Shown: one piece after another, positions 30,124 through 39,126 of the stretch | How positions within the stretch are numbered: the first letter of the stretch is position 1 | How the letters are laid out: each line of letters opens with the position of its first letter | From: Nanobdellota archaeon | GTDB lineage: Archaea > Nanobdellota > Nanobdellia > Pacearchaeales > GW2011-AR1 | Direction: 5' to 3' | Length of the DNA: 64,000 nt | Assembly: GCA_038045945.1 (NCBI GenBank) | Contig: JBBSXC010000004.1 | Span: 224,001-288,000, forward strand | Translations under genes and position numbers: made by a program | The notes under the pieces: model-generated | Database searches by the model: none | Told to the model about the DNA's origin: nothing | Seen by the model: only the letters and a program-made list of their open reading frames with translations

Positions 30124-30498
30124 TTATTTTGATTCAGGTAAAAGCACTGCTTGAACATTACCCTCTTGTGAAGGCCTGTTAGTAATTCTAGCCTTACCCA
30201 ACTCTGTTTCAATAACAGAGCTCTTTTGAAGAACATTCTGTCTAGCTAAGAAGCGGTTTGATGGAGTCTCAATAACATTAACAATCTTAGAAACTGTTGA
30301 CTTCTTAGTTTTAGGGTTAAAAACATTAGCAACATCAGCCATCAAAAGAACAACTTTGGAATTACCGCCACGAGTTCTCATCTCTTTAGCCTTAACATTT
30401 CCAAGCTTAACAACACGAGACTGACCAGTATTATCATAATGTTTTCTCTTACGAGAAGCATGATACAAACCGCCAGATATCTTTTTACCAATCTTCAT
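30124..30498 (-). CDS. rps8e: 30S ribosomal protein S8e
   Basis: RTRGGN, TELGKARITNRPSQEGNVQAVL. Confidence 0.95.
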   Translation of the reverse strand: MKIGKKISGGLYHASRKRKHYDNTGQSRVVKLGNVKAKEMRTRGGNSKVVLLMADVANVFNPKTKKSTVSKIVNVIETPSNRFLARQNVLQKSSVIETELGKARITNRPSQEGNVQAVLLPESK

Positions 30499-30597
30499 AA
30501 AAACAACTATAAGTTTTTGGTTTTTAAAGCTTTGGTTAGGGTCAAGCCCCTTTGAAGCTTAAGAATAATATAAAAACAATGTTTACTTGCCTAATTT

Positions 30598-31086
30598 ATG
30601 AATCACAAAAAGATTTGGGGAAGAACGGTAGTACTAACAATGATAACTTGGATAATTTTGTCTTTAGTTATGTGGTATAAGAGATTCTTCATAACTATTT
30701 GTATCGCTGAAGCAGGGGTTAAATGCCCATCAGGTCTAGAATTATTCGCAAGTTTCTCAATAAGGATAATACCATTTTTTATAATACTCTTCGCGATAAT
30801 TAGTTATATAATAGAGTATTATAAGTTAAAAGCGAAAGGCCTAAATATAGACCACTTGAGGGTCTGGTTAATAACAATAATAAGCTCCGCTGTCATATGG
30901 GTTATAATCTATTTAGCCGGTTTAAAAGCAGGATATTTCAGAGTTATGTGCTTTCAAGGGCCGTGCCCCTTACAGCTAGAAGTTTATTTACAGTACTCAA
31001 AACTACTGCTGCCAATAATAATTTTATTATTAGCCGGAATTAATTACTTAATAGAATACTTTCTTGAAAGAAAAAAGCAGCAGTAA
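30598..31086 (+). CDS. Membrane protein made of two tandem TM-loop(C..CP)-TM repeats
   Basis: Halves end in CPSGLE...YIIEYY and CPLQLE...YLIEYF. Confidence 0.65.
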   Translation: MNHKKIWGRTVVLTMITWIILSLVMWYKRFFITICIAEAGVKCPSGLELFASFSIRIIPFFIILFAIISYIIEYYKLKAKGLNIDHLRVWLITIISSAVIWVIIYLAGLKAGYFRVMCFQGPCPLQLEVYLQYSKLLLPIIILLLAGINYLIEYFLERKKQQ

Positions 31087-31140
31087 TCTATAATAAAATT
31101 TTGTAGATATATTTAAAAACTAAAAAAGTTGAGTGACCTT

Positions 31141-31389
31141 ATGGCTAACGGAATTGAAAGACCACTTGACCTTTTGAATCACTCAAAGGGAAAAGAGATC
31201 TTAGTACAATTGAACGACGAAAAACAGCTAGTAGGAACACTACTTGCATTTGACATCCACATCAACCTGGTGTTAGACAATGCAAAAGAGATGCACAACG
31301 GAGAAATGAAAAGAAGCATAGGCTTAACATTTTTACGAGGAGCTACGATATCATTCATAGCACCAGCATCAACTGCTAGCAAAAAATAA
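31141..31389 (+). CDS. Sm-like archaeal protein (SmAP/Lsm)
   Basis: RPLDLL, GTLLAFDIHINLVL, FLRG. Confidence 0.93.
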   Translation: MANGIERPLDLLNHSKGKEILVQLNDEKQLVGTLLAFDIHINLVLDNAKEMHNGEMKRSIGLTFLRGATISFIAPASTASKK

Positions 31390-31490
31390 TCAAGCATTAA
31401 ATTATCTAGACCTTTGCTTGTCTAGAAAAAGATGATAAATGATTAATAAATAGTGCTAACTCTAAAAAAAAGAAGCTCATTATAAAAAAA

Positions 31491-32390
31491 CTAAAATTCG
31501 AATTTGTCTAAATCATTAGTTAACTTAGTATTCTTAAAAACTTCACAAGCCTGATCCAAAAGAATAGACTCTTTATGCTCATATCTTTGAGAAAAATGAG
31601 TAAGAAGAAGAATTTTAGACTTAGACTTCTTAGCAATAGAAGCAGCTTGACGAGAAGTCATATGCTTATACTCAAGAGCAGTCTCTTCCTCATTATCACC
31701 ATAAGTAGACTCACAAATAAGAGCAGTAGAATTCTTAGCTAATCTAACAGCATTATCATTAGGAGAAGAATCAAAAATAATAGTCAACTTCTTACCAGGC
31801 TCAGCATAAGTCAAAGACTTAGACTTAACCTTCTTACCATTAATAACAACATCCTTACCAGCCTTAATATCCCCAAGCAAAGGAGAATTAGGAATATTAA
31901 ACTTCTTAAGCTTAGCACTATCAATCCGAAGCTTATCCTTACCAACAATAGAAAAAGCCAAGCAAGGAACAGTATGAGTCATTAAAGAACACTCAACAAA
32001 GAAATCATCATTCTCAAAAATAATACCCTTAGAAACTTCATGAATAACAATCTTAACCTTTTGATGATGTGGAAAAACCTTGAGAAGCTCAGAAATATTA
32101 TCCTTAGTACCTTTAGGACCATAAAACTCAACAGTACGATTATGACCTGCAAGAGAAAGAGTCTGAATAAAACCAGGAAGACCAAGAACATGGTCACCAT
32201 GCCAATGACTAATAAAAACCTTATCAACCTTAGTCAAACTAACACCTGCCTTCCTAAACTGGCGTTGAGTACCCTCGCCACAATCAAACAACAAACCATA
32301 ATTAAAAGAATTAACAAAAATGCTAATATGGTTCCTACTAGCAGTAGGGACGGCCTGACCAGTACCAAGAAAAGTAACATCAAACTTCAT
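31491..32390 (-). CDS. rnz: Ribonuclease Z
   Basis: FLGTG, DCGEGTQ, SHWHGDHVLG, THFSQRY. Confidence 0.96.
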   Translation of the reverse strand: MKFDVTFLGTGQAVPTASRNHISIFVNSFNYGLLFDCGEGTQRQFRKAGVSLTKVDKVFISHWHGDHVLGLPGFIQTLSLAGHNRTVEFYGPKGTKDNISELLKVFPHHQKVKIVIHEVSKGIIFENDDFFVECSLMTHTVPCLAFSIVGKDKLRIDSAKLKKFNIPNSPLLGDIKAGKDVVINGKKVKSKSLTYAEPGKKLTIIFDSSPNDNAVRLAKNSTALICESTYGDNEEETALEYKHMTSRQAASIAKKSKSKILLLTHFSQRYEHKESILLDQACEVFKNTKLTNDLDKFEF

Positions 32391-32448
32391 CCGTATACTA
32401 TATCAGATACGTTTATAAATTGTTTTCAAGACTAAACACTATAGAGAT

Positions 32449-32523
<75 letters not shown>

Positions 32524-32588
32524 TAAGGAAAACATCAGTTGCATTCTGATAAATAAATACTTATAAAGCTACAAATACAAAAGTTATA

Positions 32589-32771
32589 ATGAATAAAGGG
32601 TTAACAATAACACTAGGACTAATACTAGTAATAGCGCCAATAATCGTAGGATTATACTTTCCATCATGGGGAAGAGCAGCAATAGAATTAGTAAAAGGCG
32701 GAATAATGGTAGGGGTAATGCTAGCGGGACTATTATTATTACTATTAGGAATAAGCGAACTAAAAAATTAG
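32589..32771 (+). CDS. Small 2-TM membrane protein
   Basis: 60 aa, two hydrophobic helices, native codon bias. Confidence 0.65.
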   Translation: MNKGLTITLGLILVIAPIIVGLYFPSWGRAAIELVKGGIMVGVMLAGLLLLLLGISELKN

Positions 32772-32814
32772 AATTCTAAAAGAACAAAAAAAATCATTAT
32801 TTAGTAAAAGCTAG

Positions 32815-34017
32815 TTGAACAGGCAATTATTAATGGAAGACAATGATTTCAAAAAATTATCAATAAAGGCAAGAACTCTAGATTTGACAAAAAAAGATTT
32901 CACTGGATCTTCACCACCCGCAGTATTCATAGGATCAAAACTAGAATACCCAGCAGTTAACGTGGGAGTACTAAGCGCACAATTCATAAACACAAACCCC
33001 TGGGTATACAACACTCCAAACTTCTGGACAAAAAAAGAATTATCAATAAACAAAATAATAGACTTGAGAAAAAATTTAATCAATTCTAGAATAAAAACAC
33101 AAGTATCGGCAGCAAGACAAAAAGAACAAACAAAAATAATAAGGCAAATACAAGAAATAGGGATGGCAGTTAGCAGAGCAGACATAGAAATAAAACTAGA
33201 AAAAAAGCCATCTGGAAAAATGATTTATGACAAAGAAAACATGCCATTAGGAATTGGAGCAAAAATGAACCAAATAAAAATATTATCAAACACGAAAATA
33301 CTACCTGAAGTAGAAAGGGTAAACTCAGAAAAAGAAATGAGGTCAACAGAAGCAATAAAATACCTATACAAAAAAGGTCTAGGAGAACAATCACTAACAC
33401 AACTACTATCAATAGGGATAACGGGAATGAAAAACAAAAGAAAATTCGTACCAACAAAGAACTCAATAACAGCAATAGACGACACAATAGGAAAACAAAT
33501 ACTAGAAGAAATAAAAAACAAAGAAACAATAGACAAACCAGAATACTACTTCGGAGGACACTTGGGAAACTATTACATAATAATCATGATACCGGAAGTA
33601 TTCTCCTACGAACTATTCGAAATGAGCATAAAAGAAGGAAAAATAACAGGCTGTAGCACAGACAACGAAAATTATAACGGGAGAAAAGAATACGCAAAAA
33701 ACACTGCTGGAGGATACTACGCGAGCAGACTAGCAATACTAGAAAAACTAAAACTACTAAAAAAACAAGCAGGAATACTAGCACTAAGAATAATAACAGA
33801 AGAATACCACACACCACTAGGAGTATGGGTATGCAGAAACAGCACGAGAATAGCACTAGAAAAAGAAGGAAAAGAATACGAAACAAAAGAAGAATTAATA
33901 GAATCAATAAAAAAGTTAGCAAAAGAAGAATTCAGAGTAGAAATAGAGCCAATAATTAACAAAAGCATAATACTAAAAGAGATGAATGAACAAAGTAAAC
34001 TAAAAAAGTATTTCTAA
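32815..34017 (+). CDS. Nre-family DNA repair protein
   Basis: GSSPPAVFIG..YP.V.VG, RKFVPT..SITAIDD, GGYYASRL, PLGVW, C-terminal PIP box QSKLKKYF. Confidence 0.88.
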   Translation: MNRQLLMEDNDFKKLSIKARTLDLTKKDFTGSSPPAVFIGSKLEYPAVNVGVLSAQFINTNPWVYNTPNFWTKKELSINKIIDLRKNLINSRIKTQVSAARQKEQTKIIRQIQEIGMAVSRADIEIKLEKKPSGKMIYDKENMPLGIGAKMNQIKILSNTKILPEVERVNSEKEMRSTEAIKYLYKKGLGEQSLTQLLSIGITGMKNKRKFVPTKNSITAIDDTIGKQILEEIKNKETIDKPEYYFGGHLGNYYIIIMIPEVFSYELFEMSIKEGKITGCSTDNENYNGRKEYAKNTAGGYYASRLAILEKLKLLKKQAGILALRIITEEYHTPLGVWVCRNSTRIALEKEGKEYETKEELIESIKKLAKEEFRVEIEPIINKSIILKEMNEQSKLKKYF

Positions 34018-34635
34018 CTACTTAGTAAGAATTATTAAACCAGCCTCTATCAAACCAGCAACAATTAACAAAGGAATAACAAAACGCAAAAAAACAAGAA
34101 CTGACTGAATAAAAATGTGCTTAAAATTCTTCCTACCATCATGAGTAAAAAAAGAAAAACCAACCCTCACACCAAGGCTAGAAGAAATAAAGATTGCTGG
34201 AAGCTCAAAAATGCCATGAGGCAAGAGTCTCAAAAGGACTGAAGGGCCTGCTAAAGAAACAGTCTTACCAGCAACAAAACCAAGAACATAACCATTAGCG
34301 ACAGAAACAAAAATAGGAAAAAAACCAAATGCTAAACCAGCGAAGAAACTCCAAAAAGCACTAGAAACATTATTATTAATAATAAACAAGAATAATCTCC
34401 AAAAACCAAAATCTTTGACCTGATCAAAAAGACTGGTAAGATAAACTTGAATTTGATCAGAAAAAAAGTGAGGGTAAACAACACCAATAAAAGAAGAAAA
34501 AAAGAAAAGAAACAAAATAAACAAAAAATAGTTCTTTGATTCAACCAAAAAAGACCAAGAGCGACCGTAAGACACAAAAAACCTCTTAACAAAAGAAGAA
34601 CTCTTATTACTCCTTGATAAAATATTTTTCTTCAT
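34018..34635 (-). CDS. SpoIIM/DUF95-family membrane protein
   Basis: IINNN, NGYVLG, LLPHGIFELPA, AGLIE. Confidence 0.88.
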   Translation of the reverse strand: MKKNILSRSNKSSSFVKRFFVSYGRSWSFLVESKNYFLFILFLFFFSSFIGVVYPHFFSDQIQVYLTSLFDQVKDFGFWRLFLFIINNNVSSAFWSFFAGLAFGFFPIFVSVANGYVLGFVAGKTVSLAGPSVLLRLLPHGIFELPAIFISSSLGVRVGFSFFTHDGRKNFKHIFIQSVLVFLRFVIPLLIVAGLIEAGLIILTK

Positions 34636-35474
34636 TTGAAATACATACCAATAGCTTTAACCTTGTTTTTATACCTATTCTTAAGATAAACACCATAAGC
34701 AGCACCAGCTAAATATCCGCCAAGGTGAGCCATATTACCAATAGGGAGGGGCAGGAAATAACCAATAATAAACAAAGGCACTATAGCAACGAGTGGAAGA
34801 ATAGAAAAGTTCATATTAATAGGAATAGATAATTTTCTCATAGCCTCACTTCTGGAAAACATGGAGAAAATACAAACAAAAATATACATTGTCACAGCCA
34901 AATCAATAATATTAACAACTGAACTATTAACAGAAAACTGATTTATAATAGCCTGAATAACAATAGCCAAAATAGGGCCACCCATAAGACTAACCTTGCT
35001 CCTAGGAGTAATAACAGACAAAACCCCCGCAATACCAAATATTGCTCCAGAAGCCCCCATAGCAAGAACATTAGGGCTAGCAAAAACCTTAACACCAAAA
35101 ACACTACTACCAAAAATGTATGAGAATAAAGCAAAAAATATTCCAGCAAAAACGCCGCTGGCTATGTAAAGCCAAAAAAATCTTTTTCTACCAACAATCA
35201 TCTCTAAAAATCTTCCAACAAAGAATAAAGAAAACATGTTAACAAACAAATGAAAAATGTTAGCATGCATAAAAACACTAGTGATAAGAGTCCAAACAAA
35301 AAAATCATTAAAAAGAAGATTAGGGCTCAGACCAATATAGCTAATAGTGTTAGAGTCATAAGAAGTAACAATTTTAACAACAAGAAAAATCAAGATGTTA
35401 ACAATGACTAATAAATTAGTAATACTCATTGATTCCAAAAAAGAAAGACGCGTCTTAGTTCTTACCAAACTCAT
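34632..35474 (-). CDS. Rhomboid intramembrane serine protease
   Basis: TSVFMHANIFHLFVNM, GASGAIFG, AHLGG. Confidence 0.95.
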   Translation of the reverse strand: MSLVRTKTRLSFLESMSITNLLVIVNILIFLVVKIVTSYDSNTISYIGLSPNLLFNDFFVWTLITSVFMHANIFHLFVNMFSLFFVGRFLEMIVGRKRFFWLYIASGVFAGIFFALFSYIFGSSVFGVKVFASPNVLAMGASGAIFGIAGVLSVITPRSKVSLMGGPILAIVIQAIINQFSVNSSVVNIIDLAVTMYIFVCIFSMFSRSEAMRKLSIPINMNFSILPLVAIVPLFIIGYFLPLPIGNMAHLGGYLAGAAYGVYLKNRYKNKVKAIGMYFK

Positions 35475-36181
35475 TTTTTCTTCATAAGCTTCTTTTTACT
35501 AGGAACAACTTTTGTAAGTTTAGCCTTAGCTTTAGCACGTTCCCTTCTAAGAACCTTGCGCTTCTCCTTTTCCCTACGATTCTTAGAATCAATCTTCTTA
35601 CCAACCTTCTTACGCTCGCCCTCAAGAAGAAGCCTAATACCATCAAGTTCAGAATTAAAAGAAACAACTTTAGCATCAAGATCGCTAATAAGTTCCTTAC
35701 TCTCATTAAGATCATAAACAGTGCCACACTCAGTACAAGTAAAATTATTCATTAAAGCAGTCTCCTCAGAGACCTCTAAATTACAAATCTTACAAGAATA
35801 AAACCTCTTACTTTCCCTATTCTTTCTTTGACTAGTAAAATTCTTAATATTCTCCATAACTTTGCTCTCAGCAAATTCTAAAGCTCTGATAACATCAAGA
35901 GTCCAAAAATAAGTATACCACCCCTTCTTCTTATCCTTCTTACGATTAAAAGAAACAATACGATTGTCAGACAGCCTGTAAAGAATGTTACGAGTCTGAT
36001 TAATAGTTAATTGTAACTTCTTAGCAATAAGAAACTCATTAATATTAGACTTAAGGATAAGCATTTCAAGAAGATCCTTACCAACTTTACCAGTTAAAGA
36101 CTCAACAAGACTACCTAAAACAGACCTATAATGAGCAGGATCATTATTCTCTTTGCCAGACTTCTTTTTGTTAGTTGCCAC
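35471..36181 (-). CDS. tfe: Transcription factor E alpha
   Basis: wHTH RNILYRL, KKGWYTYFW, CKIC...FTCTECG; GTG start. Confidence 0.88.
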   Translation of the reverse strand: MATNKKKSGKENNDPAHYRSVLGSLVESLTGKVGKDLLEMLILKSNINEFLIAKKLQLTINQTRNILYRLSDNRIVSFNRKKDKKKGWYTYFWTLDVIRALEFAESKVMENIKNFTSQRKNRESKRFYSCKICNLEVSEETALMNNFTCTECGTVYDLNESKELISDLDAKVVSFNSELDGIRLLLEGERKKVGKKIDSKNRREKEKRKVLRRERAKAKAKLTKVVPSKKKLMKKK

Positions 36182-36310
36182 TTTTATATAGTATGAGTCG
36201 AATTAACAGAATTTACAAGGTTAATAAAGCTAATCCCAATAAATACTTTTCGCTTTTATTGTTACGATTATAAAGTTTATACAAAGCTATTTATATCCTC
36301 TAGAGTAAAA

Positions 36311-36868
36311 ATGATTATGGGTCTTTTTAGTAAAAAGGGTGATAAAAATTCTGAATTTGATAAACTTCCAGAGCTTCCACAATTGCCAAAATCAATAAGC
36401 AGTTATGGGCAAACAAATAATGGCCAAATAGGCGACCAGTCTGGAATGTCCTCATCAACAAACAAGTGGAATATTGCCGCAGTTAAAGAAGCGGTTAGGG
36501 GATCGGATGAAAGTAACAATTATGCTCAAGATTATAGCGATTTAGGTGAGGGATCTTCTGGTGATCGAGAGGTGATAATGGGTATTGGTGCGCCGCGAAC
36601 CAGGCCTATGAACAACTTCCAACAAGCACCAGCTGCAATGTCGGCTAGAAGAGAACCACTATTCGTTAGAATCGACAAGTTCGAAAGCTCAATAAGAGAC
36701 TTCGAAGACATAAGCATTAAGATAAAAAGAGTTGAAGAACTAATAACAGATATTAAAGAATTACGAGAAAGGGAAGATAGAGAATTTTCTGAGTGGGAAA
36801 AAGATTTACAAATAGTTAAATCAAGGCTGGACAGCATTGACAGAACACTTTTTAGCCAATTAGACTAA
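36311..36868 (+). CDS. Hypothetical protein with C-terminal coiled coil
   Basis: Low-complexity middle, PLFVRIDKF followed by heptads. Confidence 0.7.
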   Translation: MIMGLFSKKGDKNSEFDKLPELPQLPKSISSYGQTNNGQIGDQSGMSSSTNKWNIAAVKEAVRGSDESNNYAQDYSDLGEGSSGDREVIMGIGAPRTRPMNNFQQAPAAMSARREPLFVRIDKFESSIRDFEDISIKIKRVEELITDIKELREREDREFSEWEKDLQIVKSRLDSIDRTLFSQLD

Positions 36869-36902
36869 AAAAATTCTTCTTTAAGAATAAAAAAATACTA
36901 AT

Positions 36903-37268
36903 ATGAATAACAAAAAACTTTCAGGGTCTGCAGAAGAGTCTAACGTTCACGTAAAAATTGATTTTCATCAAGCTGTTAACACAAAAAAACAATTGCTTAT
37001 TGGAGAAATAGATGTCCTAAAACTAATAAAGGGAATAAATAGTTTTTCTCAAATGAGAAGAAAAGAATTAGAGCTAAGAGAAGACCTAAAAAAAGAAAGC
37101 GGTGAATTACACGAGCTTGTTAGGTTATTCTTAAGAAACATGCCAAAAATACAAGACGAAGACAGAACAAAAATAAAAGAAGACTTAGCATCAATAAACA
37201 GAAGAGAAGTAATAGAAAGCGACCTGGACTCCATACGCGAAAAACTTGGAAGACTAGGCGGAATATAA
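36903..37268 (+). CDS. Hypothetical coiled-coil protein
   Basis: VHVKID followed by helical segments. Confidence 0.65.
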   Translation: MNNKKLSGSAEESNVHVKIDFHQAVNTKKQLLIGEIDVLKLIKGINSFSQMRRKELELREDLKKESGELHELVRLFLRNMPKIQDEDRTKIKEDLASINRREVIESDLDSIREKLGRLGGI

Positions 37269-37307
37269 CAAACAAAACTTTTTATACGCAAACCCCGATC
37301 TAGCTCT

Positions 37308-39104
37308 ATGGTCAAACAAGAATGGACAAGAGAAAAGCTGATAAAAGCATACATTGAATTCTTTAAAAAAAATGGTCATAAACAAATAGAAAACGCTTCA
37401 CTAATACCAAAAAACGACCCAACTGTACTATTCACCACTGCAGGAATGCACCCCCTAGTACCGTACCTATTAGGGCAACCACACACCCTGGGAAAAAGAC
37501 TAGTGAACGTGCAGAAATGTATCAGAACGGGAGACATTGACTCTGTAGGGGACACCACCCACCACACATTTTTTGAAATGCTGGGAAACTGGTCTTTAGG
37601 AGACTACTGGAAAGAAGAAGCTATAAGGCTAACATACAAATTTTATACTGAAGTACTTAAAATACCAAAAAGCCATCTAGCCGTAACAATATTTGGAGGA
37701 GATGATAGCAGGGGAGTTGGCACAGATAACGAATCTAGAAAAATATGGAACAGTTTAGGAGTAAGTGATGACAGGATAATGGAACTAAAAGATGACAACT
37801 GGTGGGGCCCAGCAGGGGCAACAGGTCCATGTGGTCCAAGCACAGAAATATTCTACTGGAAACAAAAAAACAAATCACCGCCAAAAAAATTAGATCACAA
37901 AGACTTCAATGATGGAAACTGGGTAGAAATAGGGAACGATGTACTAATGGAATTCTTAAAAGACAAAAACGGAAAAATTGTTCCAGCAAAACAAAAAAAC
38001 ATAGACTTTGGAGGAGGAGTAGAAAGAACAATAGCTGCATTAAACGGATTAGAAGATAATTATTTAGCTGATATGTGGAAACCAATAATAGAAGAAATAG
38101 AAAGCTTATCTGAAAAAAAGTATGATTCTCATAAAAAAGAAATGAGAATTATCTCAGATCATCTAAAAGCTGTAGCATTCATAATAAACGACGGAATAAC
38201 ACCAAGCAATACAGAACAAGGGTATGTAGTAAGAAGACTTATAAGAAGAGCAATATGGCAAGGAAAAAAGTTAGGAGTAGAAAGCTTCACGCAAAAAATA
38301 GCTAAAGTAATATTCAAAACTTACCAAGATTACAAGTTTGACAAAGAAAAAATACTATTAGAGCTAGAAAAAGAAGAAGAAAAATTCAACAAGACACTTG
38401 ATTCTGGAATAAGACTTATTGAAAACTTATGCAAGAGCAAGGAAATATCTGGAAAGGATGCATTTCTGTTATACCAGTCTCATGGGATACCTGTAGAAAT
38501 GATCAATGAGATCGCAAGCGAAAAACTGAGTCATGTAAACATGGATGATTACAAAAAAGAGTACGCTAAACACCAAGAGTTATCAAGAACTGCTACAGAG
38601 GGGAAATTCAAATCAGGACTAGCTGATCACAGCGTAGAAACAACAAGGTTACACACAGCAACACACCTATTCTTAGCAGCAGTTAACAAACTATTAGAAA
38701 AACCTGCAGGAAAAAAAGAAATATTACAAAGAGGAAGCAACATAACAGCAGAAAGAGCAAGATTCGACTTCACTTACGACAGAAAACTAACAGAAGAAGA
38801 AGTAAAGGAAATAGAAGAATTAATCAATTCTTGGATAACAACAGGATCAAAAGTTGAAAGAAAAGAAATGAATCTAGAAGAAGCGAGAAAAATGGGAGCT
38901 ATGGGAATATTCGAAGAAAAATACAAAAAATCAGACGTTCTAAGTGTATACATTATAGGGGAAGGAAAAATAAGTAAAGAATTATGCACAGGGCCCCATG
39001 TAAACACACTAAAAGAAATGCAAGGATACAAACTAAAAATATTCTCACAAGAAAGCGTAGGTTCTGGAGTAAGAAGAGTAAAAATAAGGTTAGAAAAAGA
39101 ATAA
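37308..39104 (+). CDS. alaS: Alanine-tRNA ligase, short form lacking C-Ala
   Basis: DPTVLFTTAGM, QKCIRTGDI, HHTFFEMLGNWS, GPCGP, editing HTATH and ELCTGPH. Confidence 0.96.
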   Translation: MVKQEWTREKLIKAYIEFFKKNGHKQIENASLIPKNDPTVLFTTAGMHPLVPYLLGQPHTLGKRLVNVQKCIRTGDIDSVGDTTHHTFFEMLGNWSLGDYWKEEAIRLTYKFYTEVLKIPKSHLAVTIFGGDDSRGVGTDNESRKIWNSLGVSDDRIMELKDDNWWGPAGATGPCGPSTEIFYWKQKNKSPPKKLDHKDFNDGNWVEIGNDVLMEFLKDKNGKIVPAKQKNIDFGGGVERTIAALNGLEDNYLADMWKPIIEEIESLSEKKYDSHKKEMRIISDHLKAVAFIINDGITPSNTEQGYVVRRLIRRAIWQGKKLGVESFTQKIAKVIFKTYQDYKFDKEKILLELEKEEEKFNKTLDSGIRLIENLCKSKEISGKDAFLLYQSHGIPVEMINEIASEKLSHVNMDDYKKEYAKHQELSRTATEGKFKSGLADHSVETTRLHTATHLFLAAVNKLLEKPAGKKEILQRGSNITAERARFDFTYDRKLTEEEVKEIEELINSWITTGSKVERKEMNLEEARKMGAMGIFEEKYKKSDVLSVYIIGEGKISKELCTGPHVNTLKEMQGYKLKIFSQESVGSGVRRVKIRLEKE

Positions 39105-39126
39105 CCTAAAGATCACGAGTAAAAAA

